From: Bugula neritina
Lineage: Eukaryota > Animalia > Bryozoa
Direction of reading: 5' to 3'
Length of the DNA: 64,000 nucleotides
NCBI GenBank assembly: GCA_964035545.1
Contig: OZ037773.1
Coordinates: forward strand, 4,989,751 to 5,053,750
Part shown: piece after piece, positions 13,001 through 26,002 of the stretch
How the letters are laid out: every line of letters starts with the position of its first letter
Position numbering within the stretch: position 1 is the stretch's first letter
Made by a program: the position numbers and the translations under genes
Notes under the pieces: generated by a model
What the model was told of the DNA's origin: nothing
The model's database searches: none
What the model saw: the letters and a program-made list of their open reading frames with translations, nothing else

Positions 13001-16000
13001 GAGCAATTATAACTAGATGCCCTTCCTAATATCACCAATGGCCTTTACTGGGGTTTGAACCCATGACTTGGTGTTTGCTAAGCTAAACACTGTAAACCCT
13101 AGACTACAGCTGCTCCCTGCAACTTACTTACTGACTTAGAGCTTACTGAAAATAATTACAACTATAGGAGAAACACAAGTGTGGCTGCAGAGTAAAGTAA
13201 AGCTGTGAAAATTTACCTGATGAACAATACCACTGCCAGGGGGAACAATTAACATATTCTTGAAAGCCTTGGCTCCCCACTTGAGAAAGTTAAACCGCTC
13301 CTTATTTCTTTCAAACTCCATGTCTTGGTTCTGCTTCAAGGCATCGGCACTACAGTACAAATTAAACAGTTGATTAGAACTAAATCTACCATAGAAACCA
13401 GAGAAACTTGTGCGTTTAGCAGCAGACGTTCTGTAAGCAGCTGCACATTTGCTTTTACAAATGTGTGTTAACAAAATTAATGCTGGATATCAAATATCCA
13501 AAGCAGAGAAATAGTAAAAGTGGATCTTCCATCGTTGTGTACCAACCCGACAGATCTTTCCTTGTGAAACGGGCACAGGGGATCGCAGACCTTGTTCTCA
13601 TTACCGGGCATCCGACAGCAGACTTCCCGACAGCACCCGGCAGCACCCTTACACGGTGTTCTAGGCCGCTGTCGGCTGGGTGAACCTTTCGGTGAAAGAC
13701 GAACATTGTCTAGTGTGTTTTGAGTATTTTCTAAGTTGCTTGCAGTCAGTCTGAGTAAACTAGAGTCTGAGTGAGACTGAGTGATGAGATCTTTACATGA
13801 CTGTCTCTCACATTCCCCCGAGTCACTTCTCTCACAAAGCGGGGAGGGGTACTTGCTGTTACTTTTATATTGAGGCCGTAGCCTTATAGGACTTTGTGTA
13901 GGGTCGATATTTGATAGGCGAGGTCTATTTGGAGATTGTCTCCCCGGTGCTGAGTAGTTTTTAGCTCTGTGTTGTGGACTGTTGCTAGACTGACCACTTC
14001 CATGGTTTCGCGTTGAGTTGAGCAAACTACAACGAGAAACCATACAAAGTGGTCAGTTAGTGCACAGCTCACACACAGCTCTGTCAAGTTTCTCTTCAAA
14101 AAGTGCCAGCTTTGTGGAAATTCAAGAACTTTTATTGTAAAAAACTAGCTACTGAATTGAAATTATGAAACAATAACAAGAATGCACCTGGTGAATTCAG
14201 CTAACTCAAAACACTTCCCTTAATAGAGACTTTGCATTGGTTATGCAGAGAACCTGTCAATGTTACATCCTTAAAGAATCAATTTTGAAAACAATTACAG
14301 CAATAAACTATATTTAAAACTATGTTGCTGAAAATCACACATTACGGCACAGATGAGAGAGAAGGTATTTGTGCCAACTACATGAATCATTTTAGATGAA
14401 AACTGTAAACTAGGAAAATCCTGTTCCTAGCATATACTTAAATAGTATTAGATCTCGTGGTGAATATCCATCTCCAGAGGGTAAAGTGCACCTCCCCTCT
14501 CGTAAGAGATTCAAATTAGCACACAACTATTATTCATGAATGCATGCGCTTTGCTACTATTTGATTCTATTGAGAGGTTGCATTCAGTTGTTAAACCTAT
14601 ATTATTTAGACATTGGACGAAGCCACGTGAATAATCTGTGCAAAATATGCGTACGTGACCTGTTAAGAGTGATAAACTACGTTGTCTCAGCTGATATGCC
14701 AGGCATGGACAGTCCACTTATCCACAGATAAACGCATCACACACAACCTGTAAGCCCCTGTAAGCCGGTAACCCCAGGCCCAAAGCTACTCCAGGTGATT
14801 CTGGGCCCATGATATGCAGTATTAGCACTGGAGTGTATACTAACAACAGGGTATCTAAATCATACTTGCGAGCAGTGAGAAATTGAGAAGTTATGTTCTC
14901 AAAATAAATTCAACCCATGCCCAAAACCAAAATCTATTACAAAAATTAAAGACCTTAAGCTATTAAAAATTTTTCCACTACTACTTCTAAGTGTCACCTG
15001 GGTGACATCAGCTATCATGTAGGCAATGGGTTGTTAGCATTGTTTAACTGCTACCCTAGTACTACTTTTATAATTAAAATAATATGTATAACAGTGGAGA
15101 CTCAAAAAGTTTGAAACTTACGGGATTGCAATACTAACTTCCCCAGTTACATGTAATTGCATCATTAGACTGGAAAATATAAAGTTACCAGTGGCCTTTA
15201 AACAAGCAACAAAAGCCGACACATTTAATATAAGCAGAAGATGAACAAATTGTCTTACTACACTCATACAATATAACTTAAATTATTTGCGATAAAAAAG
15301 AAGGAAAAGGTGTTTTACTATACTGACACTTACTGGTGGAGTGTTAAGAGGTGGTGGATTGTGGGAGTGAGAGGGGGACTATATTTTACTATACTAGCAC
15401 TTTTGACAAAATAATTTTTCAAATTGTTTAGTTGAAGTACATATACTAAAACATCTAACCCCTAGGAAATTTGTAAAAAAACATTTGTGTAAATTTGCCA
15501 ACAGGTATACTAGAGTATAGCCCTAACTTCTTACCTGCGGGCTACATCCACTTGCACTGAGTGATCTATAACCAGGTCAGCTGGACAAACAGGATTAATC
15601 TTTTCAGGGTCACCCCCCAATCTTTTAACAGCGTCCCTCATTGCTGCGAAGTCCACAACTGCTGGAACTCCACTAAAAGAGAAATATGCATCAAATATAT
15701 ATCAGTATCTAGAACGAGGCTTTAAATATTTTAAAATTTTCATTTCGATAAAAAATCGCTGGCTTTGGATAGAAAACTACCTTTCATGTTCCGTTGCACT
15801 AAAAGCATGTTGTGAGTATAAAGTAAAAATAAAAGGAAAAAAACAGTTACTACAGTAATTGTTTCAGCCTGATGCATAACATAATATTTTACAACTACGG
15901 ATGGAAAAACCACATAAATAGTCAAAAAGGTGATGATGAATTATTTTCAATTCAAGGATTTGAAATAACATAAATCACCACCGATTTGACTTCATTTTAC

Positions 16001-17856
16001 CAACTAACCTAATATAACAATACAAAAAACTTAAGCACGCAAGAGCTGGGCCTAAGTATTTTTACTTTAGGTACTTAGAAAAATTGAGCAAATTTGTTAA
16101 CATAATGACTTGACTCGCTCAGCTATTTGATTCAACTTGGATATTTTAACTGGATTGCTACGAATTTAGGCAAGTAAAATTCTGAAACAGAAAAATTACT
16201 ACAAAATTTGTATTATAGACATACGCAAATATAACTAAAAATTAAAAATATTGACTGGCATCACAGGAGTATAGGTTAATTTAAATAAACTTAAATGAAT
16301 TTAAGTAGTTACTTGAATTGACTTGGATATGACTTAAATTTTTCTCCACCTGAACCATGACTTGACAAAAAACTCAAGTTCATCCTAACTCTGAGCTCTG
16401 ACACTGGTAGGCAAATTAATAATGTTAAAAGTCAAGTGTGAGGTGAGTGTAGCTAGTACAGCTAGCTAGCATAAAAGTGTAGCTAAAACAGGAGTGTAGC
16501 CAGTGTAGGGGTAGCTAGTACAAGAGTGTAGTTAGTAAAAGGGTTTAATTATTATTATGAGTGTAACAATTACAAGCGCAACTAATAAAAACATGTTGGC
16601 AACAGTAGTGTTCAGTGTTAGTAGCAGTAAGCCCAGTACTACTTACGTAAAGCCCAGTACTACTTACGTAAAGCCAAGTACTACTTACGTAAAGCCAAGT
16701 ACTACTTACGTAAAGTCTTGTAAAATGACCCTGCTAGGTTTGAAGGGCACCTCTGTACTGTTACTCTGATTTTTCTCCCAATCCAATATCTTCTTAACGT
16801 CATCTTCCTTTACAAGAAAGTTGTCACAGTTTCTCACAGCTGACTCTAGCAGCACTCGTACAGAATATGGTAGCTTATCTGAGAAAATGAAATAGAAAAA
16901 TAAAATAAGAACTCATAAATAAAATAAAATAAGAAAAAAAATAGTACTCAATTCAAGTTCACAAAGTACTAGTAATATTAATTTCAGAGTCTGAAAAAAT
17001 AAAATGAAATTTTTGACAAAAAATTGGCAACTTTGTCGTAACAATCGCTTAGAAATAACACGCTGCAGGCAAAAAAGAGAAATATTTTTCACATGACAGA
17101 CCCTACAGTAGCGACATTACACATTCACATCACTATAGAACACTCACCATATCTATCATCAGAGAGTTTAGTTAGGTTAAAGAATTTATATTCCTTGCCA
17201 TTACTGGTGAGCGAATCCTCGCACGTCTTATATGGATTATTACCACCTAAACCAATAAGAGGGAGAAACTAGCTGCATTATGCTCATTGTATTTAATCAT
17301 GCTGTTTTGTAAAATGAAGTGATAATGAACAGAGTATAATGTACTTGCAAAAGTTATCATAATAATATCCATAGACCATAGGGCTACAAGTACATGGAGT
17401 TATATTGCTAGTCATACTCTGCTAATACTCACACACTTAATAACTATATAAGTGTGTGAATATTAGACTCAGTAATTGGAACTTACAGGTGTAAGACTAA
17501 GTGTATAACTATAAGTATTAGTATAACATTGACTATAATTTAAACTATAAATATAACTTATAAAATAAGTTATATAAAACCAGGTGACTTATAAGTTATA
17601 GTTATTAACTTATAGTAACTATAAGTTTATAATAGTTAGTGTTACAGTTTGAGTTACACTTACTGAGTCTGAAACCCTAACTCATACTGATGCTAGTCAT
17701 AGATGATAGTGATACTGATATTGAAAACCAATAGCCATAGATAGGTCAACAATAAGAGCTATTAGTATTGAATTTACAAAATTCTAAATTTCAAGTCTTG
17801 AAAATCAAAATAAAATCACAATGACAATGTATCGTTAAAAATAACCCACCTGACAT
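1003..17856 (-). CDS. ACO1: Cytosolic aconitate hydratase / iron regulatory protein 1, 891 aa without the optional exon. Exons: 17850-17856, 17148-17246, 16710-16878, 15535-15672, [13547-14026 optional], 13217-13349, 11903-12032, 10955-11085, 10404-10575, 10007-10107, 9442-9570, 8902-9049, 8339-8474, 7572-7657, 7138-7293, 6545-6669, 5815-5919, 4747-4889, 4055-4202, 1963-2131, 1543-1682, 1003-1113
   Basis: All junctions are GT-AG and phase-compatible, totalling 2676 nt. Motifs: [51 protein letters not shown], Fe-S ligands in [12 protein letters not shown] and [45 protein letters not shown], and C-terminal [12 protein letters not shown]. Confidence 0.97.
2270..2945. repeat. 19-bp minisatellite (ACACAGTACACACTACGGT)n in an ACO1 intron
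   Basis: Period of 19 read directly from the sequence; it generates the spurious 298-aa repetitive ORF 2088..2984. Confidence 0.95.
3160..3950. repeat. 14-bp minisatellite (CTACATATACTACA, with ATACAGATACTACA variants)n
   Basis: Period of 14 read directly; adjacent to the 19-bp array in the same intron. Confidence 0.95.
11128..11317 (-). mobile_element. tRNA-derived SINE copy
   Basis: Reverse complement matches the copies at 28346, 36769 and 57031, including the A box, B box, body and ATCAGGGGTTTCTCACA 3' region. Confidence 0.85.
12911..13117 (-). mobile_element. tRNA-derived SINE copy (full length)
   Basis: Reverse complement reads GGGAGCAGCTGTAGTCTAGGG...CATGGGTTCAAACCCCAGTAAAGGCCATTGGTGAT...TATAAACTTGTG. 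Confidence 0.88.
13547..14026 (-). CDS. Putative cassette exon of ACO1 encoding a 160-aa Ser/Pro/Cys-rich IRP2-like insert
   Basis: Acceptor ctaactgac...gtttctcgttgtag|T and donor GG|GTTGGT (the same donor sequence is used at 4746). The exon is 480 nt, phase 2-2, stop-free and in frame between VDVARS and ADALKQNQ; it ends [14 protein letters not shown]...[13 protein letters not shown]. Confidence 0.8.
16629..16712. repeat. 4 x 21-bp tandem repeat spanning the ACO1 exon 3 splice donor
   Basis: Unit AAGCC(C/A)AGTACTACTTACGTA; on the minus strand each unit contains TTTAC|GTAAGT. Confidence 0.95.
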
Positions 17857-20019
17857 AACTTATATTTATACTTATAGTTACTGTTACAGGTAACAGTGTC
17901 AGTGTGAGTGTTAGACTTAGTCAGTAGTGTTACTGTTAATCTTTATTTCTCAGGAGTTGATGAGATGAGCCACTATATATGTATAAAAAAATTCCAGGAA
18001 CACGTAATCATAGATTGAGTTTGGTAATTGCTACAACAATTTCGTTTACAAAGTATATAGGAGTTTTTGCTTCACAGTTTCACGCACTGGCTCCTTATAA
18101 TATCTGTAAACTTATCGGTGTTGAGCTTTTGTGTCAAGGTTTTTAATTTCCATCAACGAAGTATGTTGGCCTTGACATTATCATTACACGTACGCTCTAA
18201 GACTGGAATTGATCAAAAAATGCCAATATTAAATTGTACGAGTGAAAATATTTTGGAGCGTAGCTAGACAATAGCTCCTAATCTTACTTTCATTTTTTTA
18301 GCACTATGGAGCTCTAGCCACCAAACTCATGATTTAAATGTGGAAATAGGAGTGATATTGATTGTTGCCCCCACTGAACTAAAACTAGAAATTATAGTTC
18401 AATGGTTATAGTTCAATGGTTTCTCCGGTCTCACGCTGGATGCTTTGCTTTTACTTTTAGTATTAATCATAATTATAATGTACTATTAGTATTAGTATTA
18501 CTATTGGTATTACATTTAGTTTTACTATTAAGTAGTATTACTATTACTATTAGTATTATTAATATAAATATAATTATAACAAACTAAAACCTAGTGATAT
18601 TTTATTAGTTAGACTTAGTCACTATTTTATGATAATGATTATGTTAAACTTAATGTATCATTGTCAATGTGATTGTAATTCAAATTGTTTGAGTTTCTTT
18701 TAACTTCATTTCAATTTTCAGTTTCACTTTGACTTTCAGCTTCAATAATTTAATAAATACTAATACCAATATTAATAGTAATACTTTATGTTTATTTATT
18801 ACTTAAGCTTTTAGTTTTAGCTTTACTTTTTGGCTTAATAAACATGTTCACTTGTAGTTGTTGAACTTGATAAGTTGAACTTGAAGTTGATGCCTAATAA
18901 AACATAAATTAATTACTACCAATTTAAAATATTACTATTACAGTAATACTATAAGTATAAGTATTACTATTAGACTTAGTACTATTAGTATAATAATAAT
19001 ACTAGTTACAGAGTGACACTGGTACTAAGTATCAGTGTCACTCATTTACTGTTACTATTAGTATTACTACTACAGCTACAAGTACTACTACTACTACTAC
19101 TACTACCACTACTACTACGTACTACTCACTACTAGTAGATCACTATTACTGTATTACTATTACTATTAGTGTTAGTTATAATATTGCTATTAGTATTACT
19201 AATAGTAATAGCAATTGCATTGCGGTTGCCATTACTATTGGTGTGACTATAAGTGTAGAATACCTGAATAGTAGCTGTAAGACTAAGAGTAAGTATCAGT
19301 ATAACTCAAATAATAACAATTTGTGGTTAACTCAAACTGAAATTGTATTACACACTATTAATATTAGTATTACACTTGGCATTGTAATTATGAATATTAT
19401 TATTAGTATTTTAATTCATTTAGGCTAGTTATAGTAATACTAATAGTAATACATTTACTTTTAGATTTAGTGTTTTTCATTTTGACTTTTGAAGCATAGT
19501 GATAGTTCAAGTATCACTATCAGTATGGTTATTGTCATCGGATTGTGTGGCTCAAGACCTAGTACATGATTATATTGATCTTATTTGGTATTGGCATTAA
19601 ATATTACATGTTGAAATGATTTGCATATTGAGTTGAACTAAATAATAATAATTTGACTTTCAATTTGAGTTTTGTTAGTTTTGAGCATCTCATTCTGTCA
19701 CGCTGAAACTAGAAAGATTATATTTCATTATTCTAATGAAATAAAAATTCTTATTTAAGTTTAACTTTATGTCATACCAGTTTGTTTGTTTGTTTTTATT
19801 TTGTCGTAGTCGGGAAAAAATTAATTGAGAAAAAATAAACAAAATGACAGGGCCTATGGCGCAATAGCACTGTAGCTAGTCGAGGCACCGAGCCATGTTA
19901 CCACAGTTATTCACTTTAACAAAATCGTAGTTATTTTATAGATGGTAAATGTCTAGTATCACGTTGCCAGTCGCTTAAAGTTACTGCCATCAATAGGTTT
20001 CATTTTTAGAAAACCCACT

Positions 20020-20211
20020 CACACAGATTTGGATTCATAGTTGATATTCATGTGATGAAAGGGTTTTTTAAGCAAGCTAGAAACTTGTTTTCTGTTATGG
20101 CAAAAAGCAATTATGACTGAATTTTCTTTACTGAATAGCCTTTACTGGGATTCATACCATTACGTTTGTGTTTACCAGGCCAGTGTGCTAACCACTAGGC
20201 CACAACTGCTC
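20020..20211 (-). mobile_element. Degenerate copy of the same SINE
   Basis: Reverse complement GAGCAGTTGTGGCCTAGTGGTTAGCACACTGG...CCCAGTAAAGGCTATT...CAGTCATAATTGCT resembles the family consensus. Confidence 0.6.
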
Positions 20212-20500
20212 AACTGAGAAATATACAATAATATTTAACATTAATTAGTAACCAGCTTCATGGTTCAGAGAGCTATCGGCGTGTCATCAGTTTTTAATTT
20301 TTTATTTGCATCATTCAGACTACCACTGTTGTCTTTTCACTGCTAAAGGTTCTATGATACGATGAAAAATTTAAGCCTAAGTTTTATATAATATAAAACT
20401 GTTATCTCTAATGTTTTCATTATTTTTCTAGTTACAGACTTGGTGGTCACTGTCATCAGGAGAAGCGCCCTTTTCTAGTAGTCAAGTGCCAACATACTTC

Positions 20501-22559
20501 ATGGTTGGTATAACATATGTATCTCAATAATTTTGACTTGCATATCTACAGGTATTGTGAGAATGTATTGTTATATCTCAATCACAGAGGCAAGCCGATG
20601 TCGGTTAAATTGTTCAACTCGTAGAAAACTCTAAAACTAAGAGTTAAAAATTCCAAAATGTGTTGCAGTAATATTAAAATGCTGTTTCTCAGGCAGAAGA
20701 AGTAAGTGAAGATTGGATCAACTCCCTCCGTGGAGAGCATGAATCCAACAAAGAGTGGGCTATCAAGAAAAGCTTTCTGGTCGCCCATCATGATAAATAT
20801 GAGCCAGACAGGCTGGTTTGTCTTGCCAACTGCTTCATCAACATGGAACTGTATGGATGCAGGTACATCTCTACTCTGACGTGTGTTCTTAAACTAGTTA
20901 TTTGAAGTTGCCTTCTTTTTATAAACAAGGATATGAAGATGGGATTTTGATTATAAATACTAAAAGAATGCTTTAGGCAGTTATGTAATAAGAAAATTAG
21001 AGTTTCGAAAAAGTAAGTTTGCTGCAATATAAAACGGCATTATTTTTTACAGAATTTCCCAGTTATTATGGTATCGTAGGTATTAAAACTTTTCAGTGCT
21101 TTGTTTTAATTGGTTAGTAAAAAAATTTTTAGTATATTGTTGCATAAACCTCCTAAACAAATACAATTTCGAATAATATTTTCTGAGAATGAAAATTAAT
21201 CGAAATTGTCCGTTATCTATAATTTAGTCTCCTATTAGGCTTTTTTGTAACTTCTTATGGAAATATTTTTGTTGCATTCAAAAATGTCAACTCAACTTTT
21301 TATAGCATTAAATTTTGGTATTTCTTCGCTTCAGATATCCCAAGGAAGTTGTTGATGAAGTGAATCAATTGGCAGCACAACTTGCTGACTTAGAAGACTA
21401 CCGGAAGGAGAGAAAAGATCGAGAAGCAAAGAGAATTAAATTCGTTCAAGCAACTAGCGGTAAGGCGTGAGCTAGCGATGGCCGGTTGTAGTTGCAAGTA
21501 TACATTTGCAAACGGCAAACTTCATAGGGTCTGTATCAGTTTATATTATTGGACGAAGGCGTAAATTAAACTCTGTTTAAAAATATTGTTTTCTGAATAA
21601 GAAATATCAAATTTTAAGTTTTCGGTGGAAGGGTATTGTATATAATGTTTTCTTTATTTTATTCACTACTGTCGTCTTGTATATTGGATTTAAAACCTTG
21701 ATTTGATATTTTTTATTTTAAATTATATTTGCTGTACTTTTAGTAATTGTAAATAAATTATTTATTTTACCCATACAACATTTTGTTTATCTTAGACTCA
21801 AAAAAGAGAAAGGCCGAAGACACTAAAAGTGTGCCACTCATCTCGAAATTCCCAATGTTTGTGAGCGCAAGCAATGCAACGCATTCAAAACAGGAAATGT
21901 TAACTATTCCTCCATCAAACACTGACCAAAATATAGCAAAATCACAAGCAAGTAAAGGTCCTACTGATGTCACAAAGCCAATAGATCTCAGAGAAAAATT
22001 AAATGCTTGCGCATCGAACAAAAGTTCCCAATCTAGTTCTCTAAGTGTATCTGTAGAAATTGAGTCTAAATATAGGAAAGTTACAGTAACTAACGGCAAT
22101 AGAGACATAATTAAAAGTGATGCTGCTCAGTCCAGCTCACACAGTAATCAGACTCTTCATTTAGAATATACTTGTCCACAGTTACTACCAGAGTACAGGC
22201 CGGTGTATTTAAAGGTGAGTCAATAGCTTCTCTATTTTTACAATATAAGTATGGTTTTAATAAACAGCTCTGTTATCTTACATAATATATTCCTCACTTC
22301 TATTCCTACTCCCAACAATCAGTTAAAGTTTCTTTCGTAGCTCATTAATTTGACTTTCTTCAACTCTTCCAACTGCCTTATATGAGGAGAAACATGTTTT
22401 ACTTGTTGCACCCACGTATGAGGACTTATGGCTTGTATTTAAACGAATCTCCATGTTTTTCATACCAGATGTCGTTTACCCAAATGAAGATATAAGCTTG
22501 CTTGCTTCCAATTTAAATATAGCTTTTCAAATTTATGCTATATGTAAATTATATATATA

Positions 22560-22614
<55 letters not shown>

Positions 22615-25600
22615 CAGCTTGAGTCATCCATCACACTCTTAGTGGAGAATATCAATGACCTCTTCATACTAAACTCACTGGACCCAGTTTCCTCATTCAT
22701 CCTAATATGGAGCTCTAGCACCATATCCATGCTATCCAACAGCTTCTCACGCTTTAAGCATGTGTGTGATATTCAGCTGCAAAATGGCTGCTATGAGTAT
22801 ACGATAGACAGCAAGGTGATAGCCAAGGTCGCAGGTATGCTCTCTATAACTCATACTTGCTGATTCATCTCATCATCTCTATTTGCTTTTCCAGTTTGAC
22901 TAAAACTTGATTTCATGCATAAAGTCGGTTTTGTTGTGCATTCAAATACAATAACATTTTGATTGTACTTTATACTAAATTTTATATAATTATGATTTAT
23001 AGTAAACTTATTCTTTTATATTATTGTGTTTTTGTACGAGGGCAGCTTAGTTTGTACTTTTTCTCAACAGAAGCAATTTTTTTAGTCAAGTAATGTGGTC
23101 TGCAGTATAAATTTGAAGACATTCAGCTGTTCACCAGGTCAAAAATGTTTTTAAGTTTATATATCTGTACACTGTTAGTCTGCGTATCTCATCTAATAGA
23201 AACGAAAGCAGTTTCTGCGGTGTCTGAGCTGTCCAGTAATAAGAACCGGTTAAAGAAAGTTGCCGCTTTGCTGGCGCAGAAGGTTCTGGACTATCTGATA
23301 CCCCGAGCCTGGATTGTGCTGAGGAAAGATCTTAGCATGGCTAACGACGGTGAGTTGCCAGCTGCGTAGAGAATGACGGTGAACCCTCACTCACCTTTGA
23401 TGCTCTTTTGTTACAGTTTTTTATTAACCCGAAAAGTACCAAAAAGTTAATTACTTCCTAAAAACAACATTTAAAGCGCTAGGCATTTTTTTGTTTTTAA
23501 ACAAATCAAATGGAGTGGTTCATAGTGTTGGCAGTTTTTAATGTCTAACATGTGGCATCACATTCACATACTTGCTAAAGGATGTGGTATGATAGCTTAT
23601 CAGTGTACTCTGATTCAAATCCAACACCTAATTTGTGCATTGTTATATGTCACAATTCTATGACTCTCTGTTTCTGGAATATGTAGTATCAATATCAAAG
23701 CCTTTGTTGGTACTAAATGAAACCTGTAACAGCCTGTTGATATCACCTTGTGAATCTATAGAACTTATGCTATGACCTACTGTATGGCACCTACATAATC
23801 TTAACTCTTCATGTCCTTATTAAGGGTGGTCTTGATAGCATGAGAAAGTTTAAGGCTGACCTAATCTAATTAGCATGGTACGAGTTTGAGATGTTAACAA
23901 GTTTTGTTATGTAGCAATATAGTAATATACCGTATTGTACTATAATATTTAGTAATATACAGTATTGTACTATAATATTTGGTAATATACAGTATTGTAC
24001 TATAATATTTGGTAACATACAGTAGGATACAGTCATACACATTGATATATTTTGTTTGACAAATTCTCTTTCTTATTAAATATATGATTTATGCGAAAAA
24101 TAAAAAATCGAGAACTTCAAAGCAGTGTTATTTATAAATACAAATGCTGTGTTGGTGACTGTACCATTGTGTTTCAGCTGTTACCAATGACCTCATCAAA
24201 GGGGCACCTAAATCAACCAATCAGATGTCTAAGGGAATGTCCTTGTTGAAATCAATGGGCTGGTCTGAAGGTAATAAAGTTACACTGTGAACTCTTGGAC
24301 AAGTTGTTGTTCACTCTCTTTTTATGACTCAATCTAGTAACACATTCTATGATAAATAAAGCTTCTTCACTTATTCATTTCAACAGTTTCTCTAACAAAA
24401 TAACTATAAAGCAAAACAAATTTTATTAGGATGAACCCTTAACCCTCGGCATAAAATGATGATTTTTTATTAGTTTTATGGATTCCAAAAATACCAAAGA
24501 ATTTTAAGCTCTTGGTAAAAATTAACTAAATTGATTAGTGCGCTACTTGATGTTTCATTTCTTGCTAGTATGTGTTGTTTAGTACAGTGTAACATGGCTG
24601 ATGTTGAAAAGGATCTATGGGGTTTATTCTACTAACAAATTGCAATTATGAGGCTCTGGTAAAATTGTTAGATTATGCATAAAAACTCTGATGTAACATC
24701 TCATTGGCACTAAAATATTGTTAGGTTCTGGCCTGGGTTCCAACAAACAAGGTATTAAAGAGCCTGTTCAGGTGGAGACAACAATAAATAGACAAGGTGA
24801 GTCATAAATAATAGAACAGTTGATTTAATTTAGCCAAATCAATTTATTTTATGATTATATTAAAAACAAGGAAAATGTATATATGTTATATATATCATTT
24901 AGTATTTAATGTTTGGCTAAATATAAGGCTTTATTACATTGAAACACTTACTTTTCCAAGCATATCTGTTGTGACAAATGCTTAAATAATTACTCTAATA
25001 TAAAATAGTGTTATTTAGTATATCCAAAAGAAAGTATTGTATTATTCTATCTAATATATTGTCATGTTATAGCTTACTACTATTATATGAGGCAGTATAA
25101 TGCAGTTATACTACCGTATTATCGTACAATAGGACGGAATTTTGTTTGTAGGCTTCGGATTTGATGACGGCAGCAAAGGTCTAAAGAAATGTGCCCACGA
25201 CTTCTTCAGCTCCTATATAAGGGAGGGGAGGTGCGACGTCCTCGTCTTCAGCAGCGAGTTTACCTCCGAGGACAGGAAAATCCTCCACCAGGTTTCCCGG
25301 GCTTACGGACTCGACAGCAAAAGCAGGGGCTCTGGTTCCAACAGGTGCTTGTCGGCCATCTGTATTTTAAATAATTTCATTAGGAGTTGTCGTTTCGCTT
25401 CATTTGCTTACATTTCAGACCATTTCCTTGTGTGTAATCATAGTGCAGTGTCATTATTGCTGTGCAATAGTTGGGAAAATATTGCTTGTTTAAGGGATGT
25501 TTCTAGAAGTGTATTTGGCTGTATAATCAGGTTGGCACATTATTTATGACATCACATACTTGTTTTTAAACTGAACTCTACTGCTGTATAATTTATGGGG

Positions 25601-26002
25601 TGAAAGGATTGTTACATTTACCATCATAGTCATATATTCACTTATCCTGAATGTTACAGAACTGAAGCATTTTCCTCTTTTGGGGTTATCTTTTCTCAAG
25701 TGTGTTACTTGAGGAAAGATAACTCTAAATAAATGAACCCATAAAGACGAGAATATTTATATTAAACAGGTGTCTGCGATGGTTTTTAAAATTGGTTTCA
25801 GGAAAAGGTGATGTGCACTGAAGTTTCATTGTTCTTGTGTGTCATTTCTGTGTATATATACTGTAGATGTTTAACGTTGAAGAGGAAAGGTGTACCATTG
25901 GGTGCTCAAATTAAACAACTGGTAGACTCTGGTGTATATGACAGTGACTGGTGTACAATAGTACCTCCTGGATCAGAGATTCACTGGGCTCCATTAGGAT
26001 GA
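20501..26002 (+). CDS. NKRF: NF-kappa-B-repressing factor-like protein (XTBD, G-patch, R3H), about 525 aa. Exons: 20501-20503 (ATG, uncertain), 20693-20862, 21335-21459, 21796-22214, 22618-22834, 23200-23349, 24178-24270, 24725-24796, 25152-25344, 25867-26002
   Basis: XRN2-binding domain WINSLRGEHESNKEWAIKKSFL...RLVCLANCFINMELYGCRYPKEV; G-patch SKGMSLLKSMGWSEGSGLGSNKQGIKEPV; R3H LVFSSEFTSEDRKILHQVSRAYGLDSKSRGSGSNR. Junctions are phase-consistent; the ATG|GT at 19942 is an alternative start exon. Confidence 0.85.
22551..22610. repeat. (TA)n microsatellite
   Basis: Read directly; ends 7 nt before the exon starting at 22618. Confidence 0.97.
23921..24024. repeat. About 3.5 x 30-bp tandem repeat (AGTAATATACAGTATTGTACTATAATATTT)
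   Basis: Read directly. Confidence 0.9.

Noticed and set aside
14748-14839. GC-richer patch in the same ACO1 intron with an in-phase acceptor (ttgttag|T) as a possible second cassette exon
   Set aside because: There is no convincing phase-2 donor before an in-frame TGA and no recognisable motif; a poison exon cannot be excluded without RNA-seq.
16629-16712. Short direct repeats as a CRISPR array
   Set aside because: There are no spacers, the context is eukaryotic and intronic, and no cas genes are present.
21767-22108. Antisense ORFs overlapping real exons (also 10424, 44224, 48931 and 54885)
   Set aside because: They are shadow frames of coding sequence on the opposite strand.
25432-25460. 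IRE-like CAGTGT loop with a short stem
   Set aside because: It is intronic and the bulged C is not at the canonical position; I saw no credible IRE in any UTR by eye.
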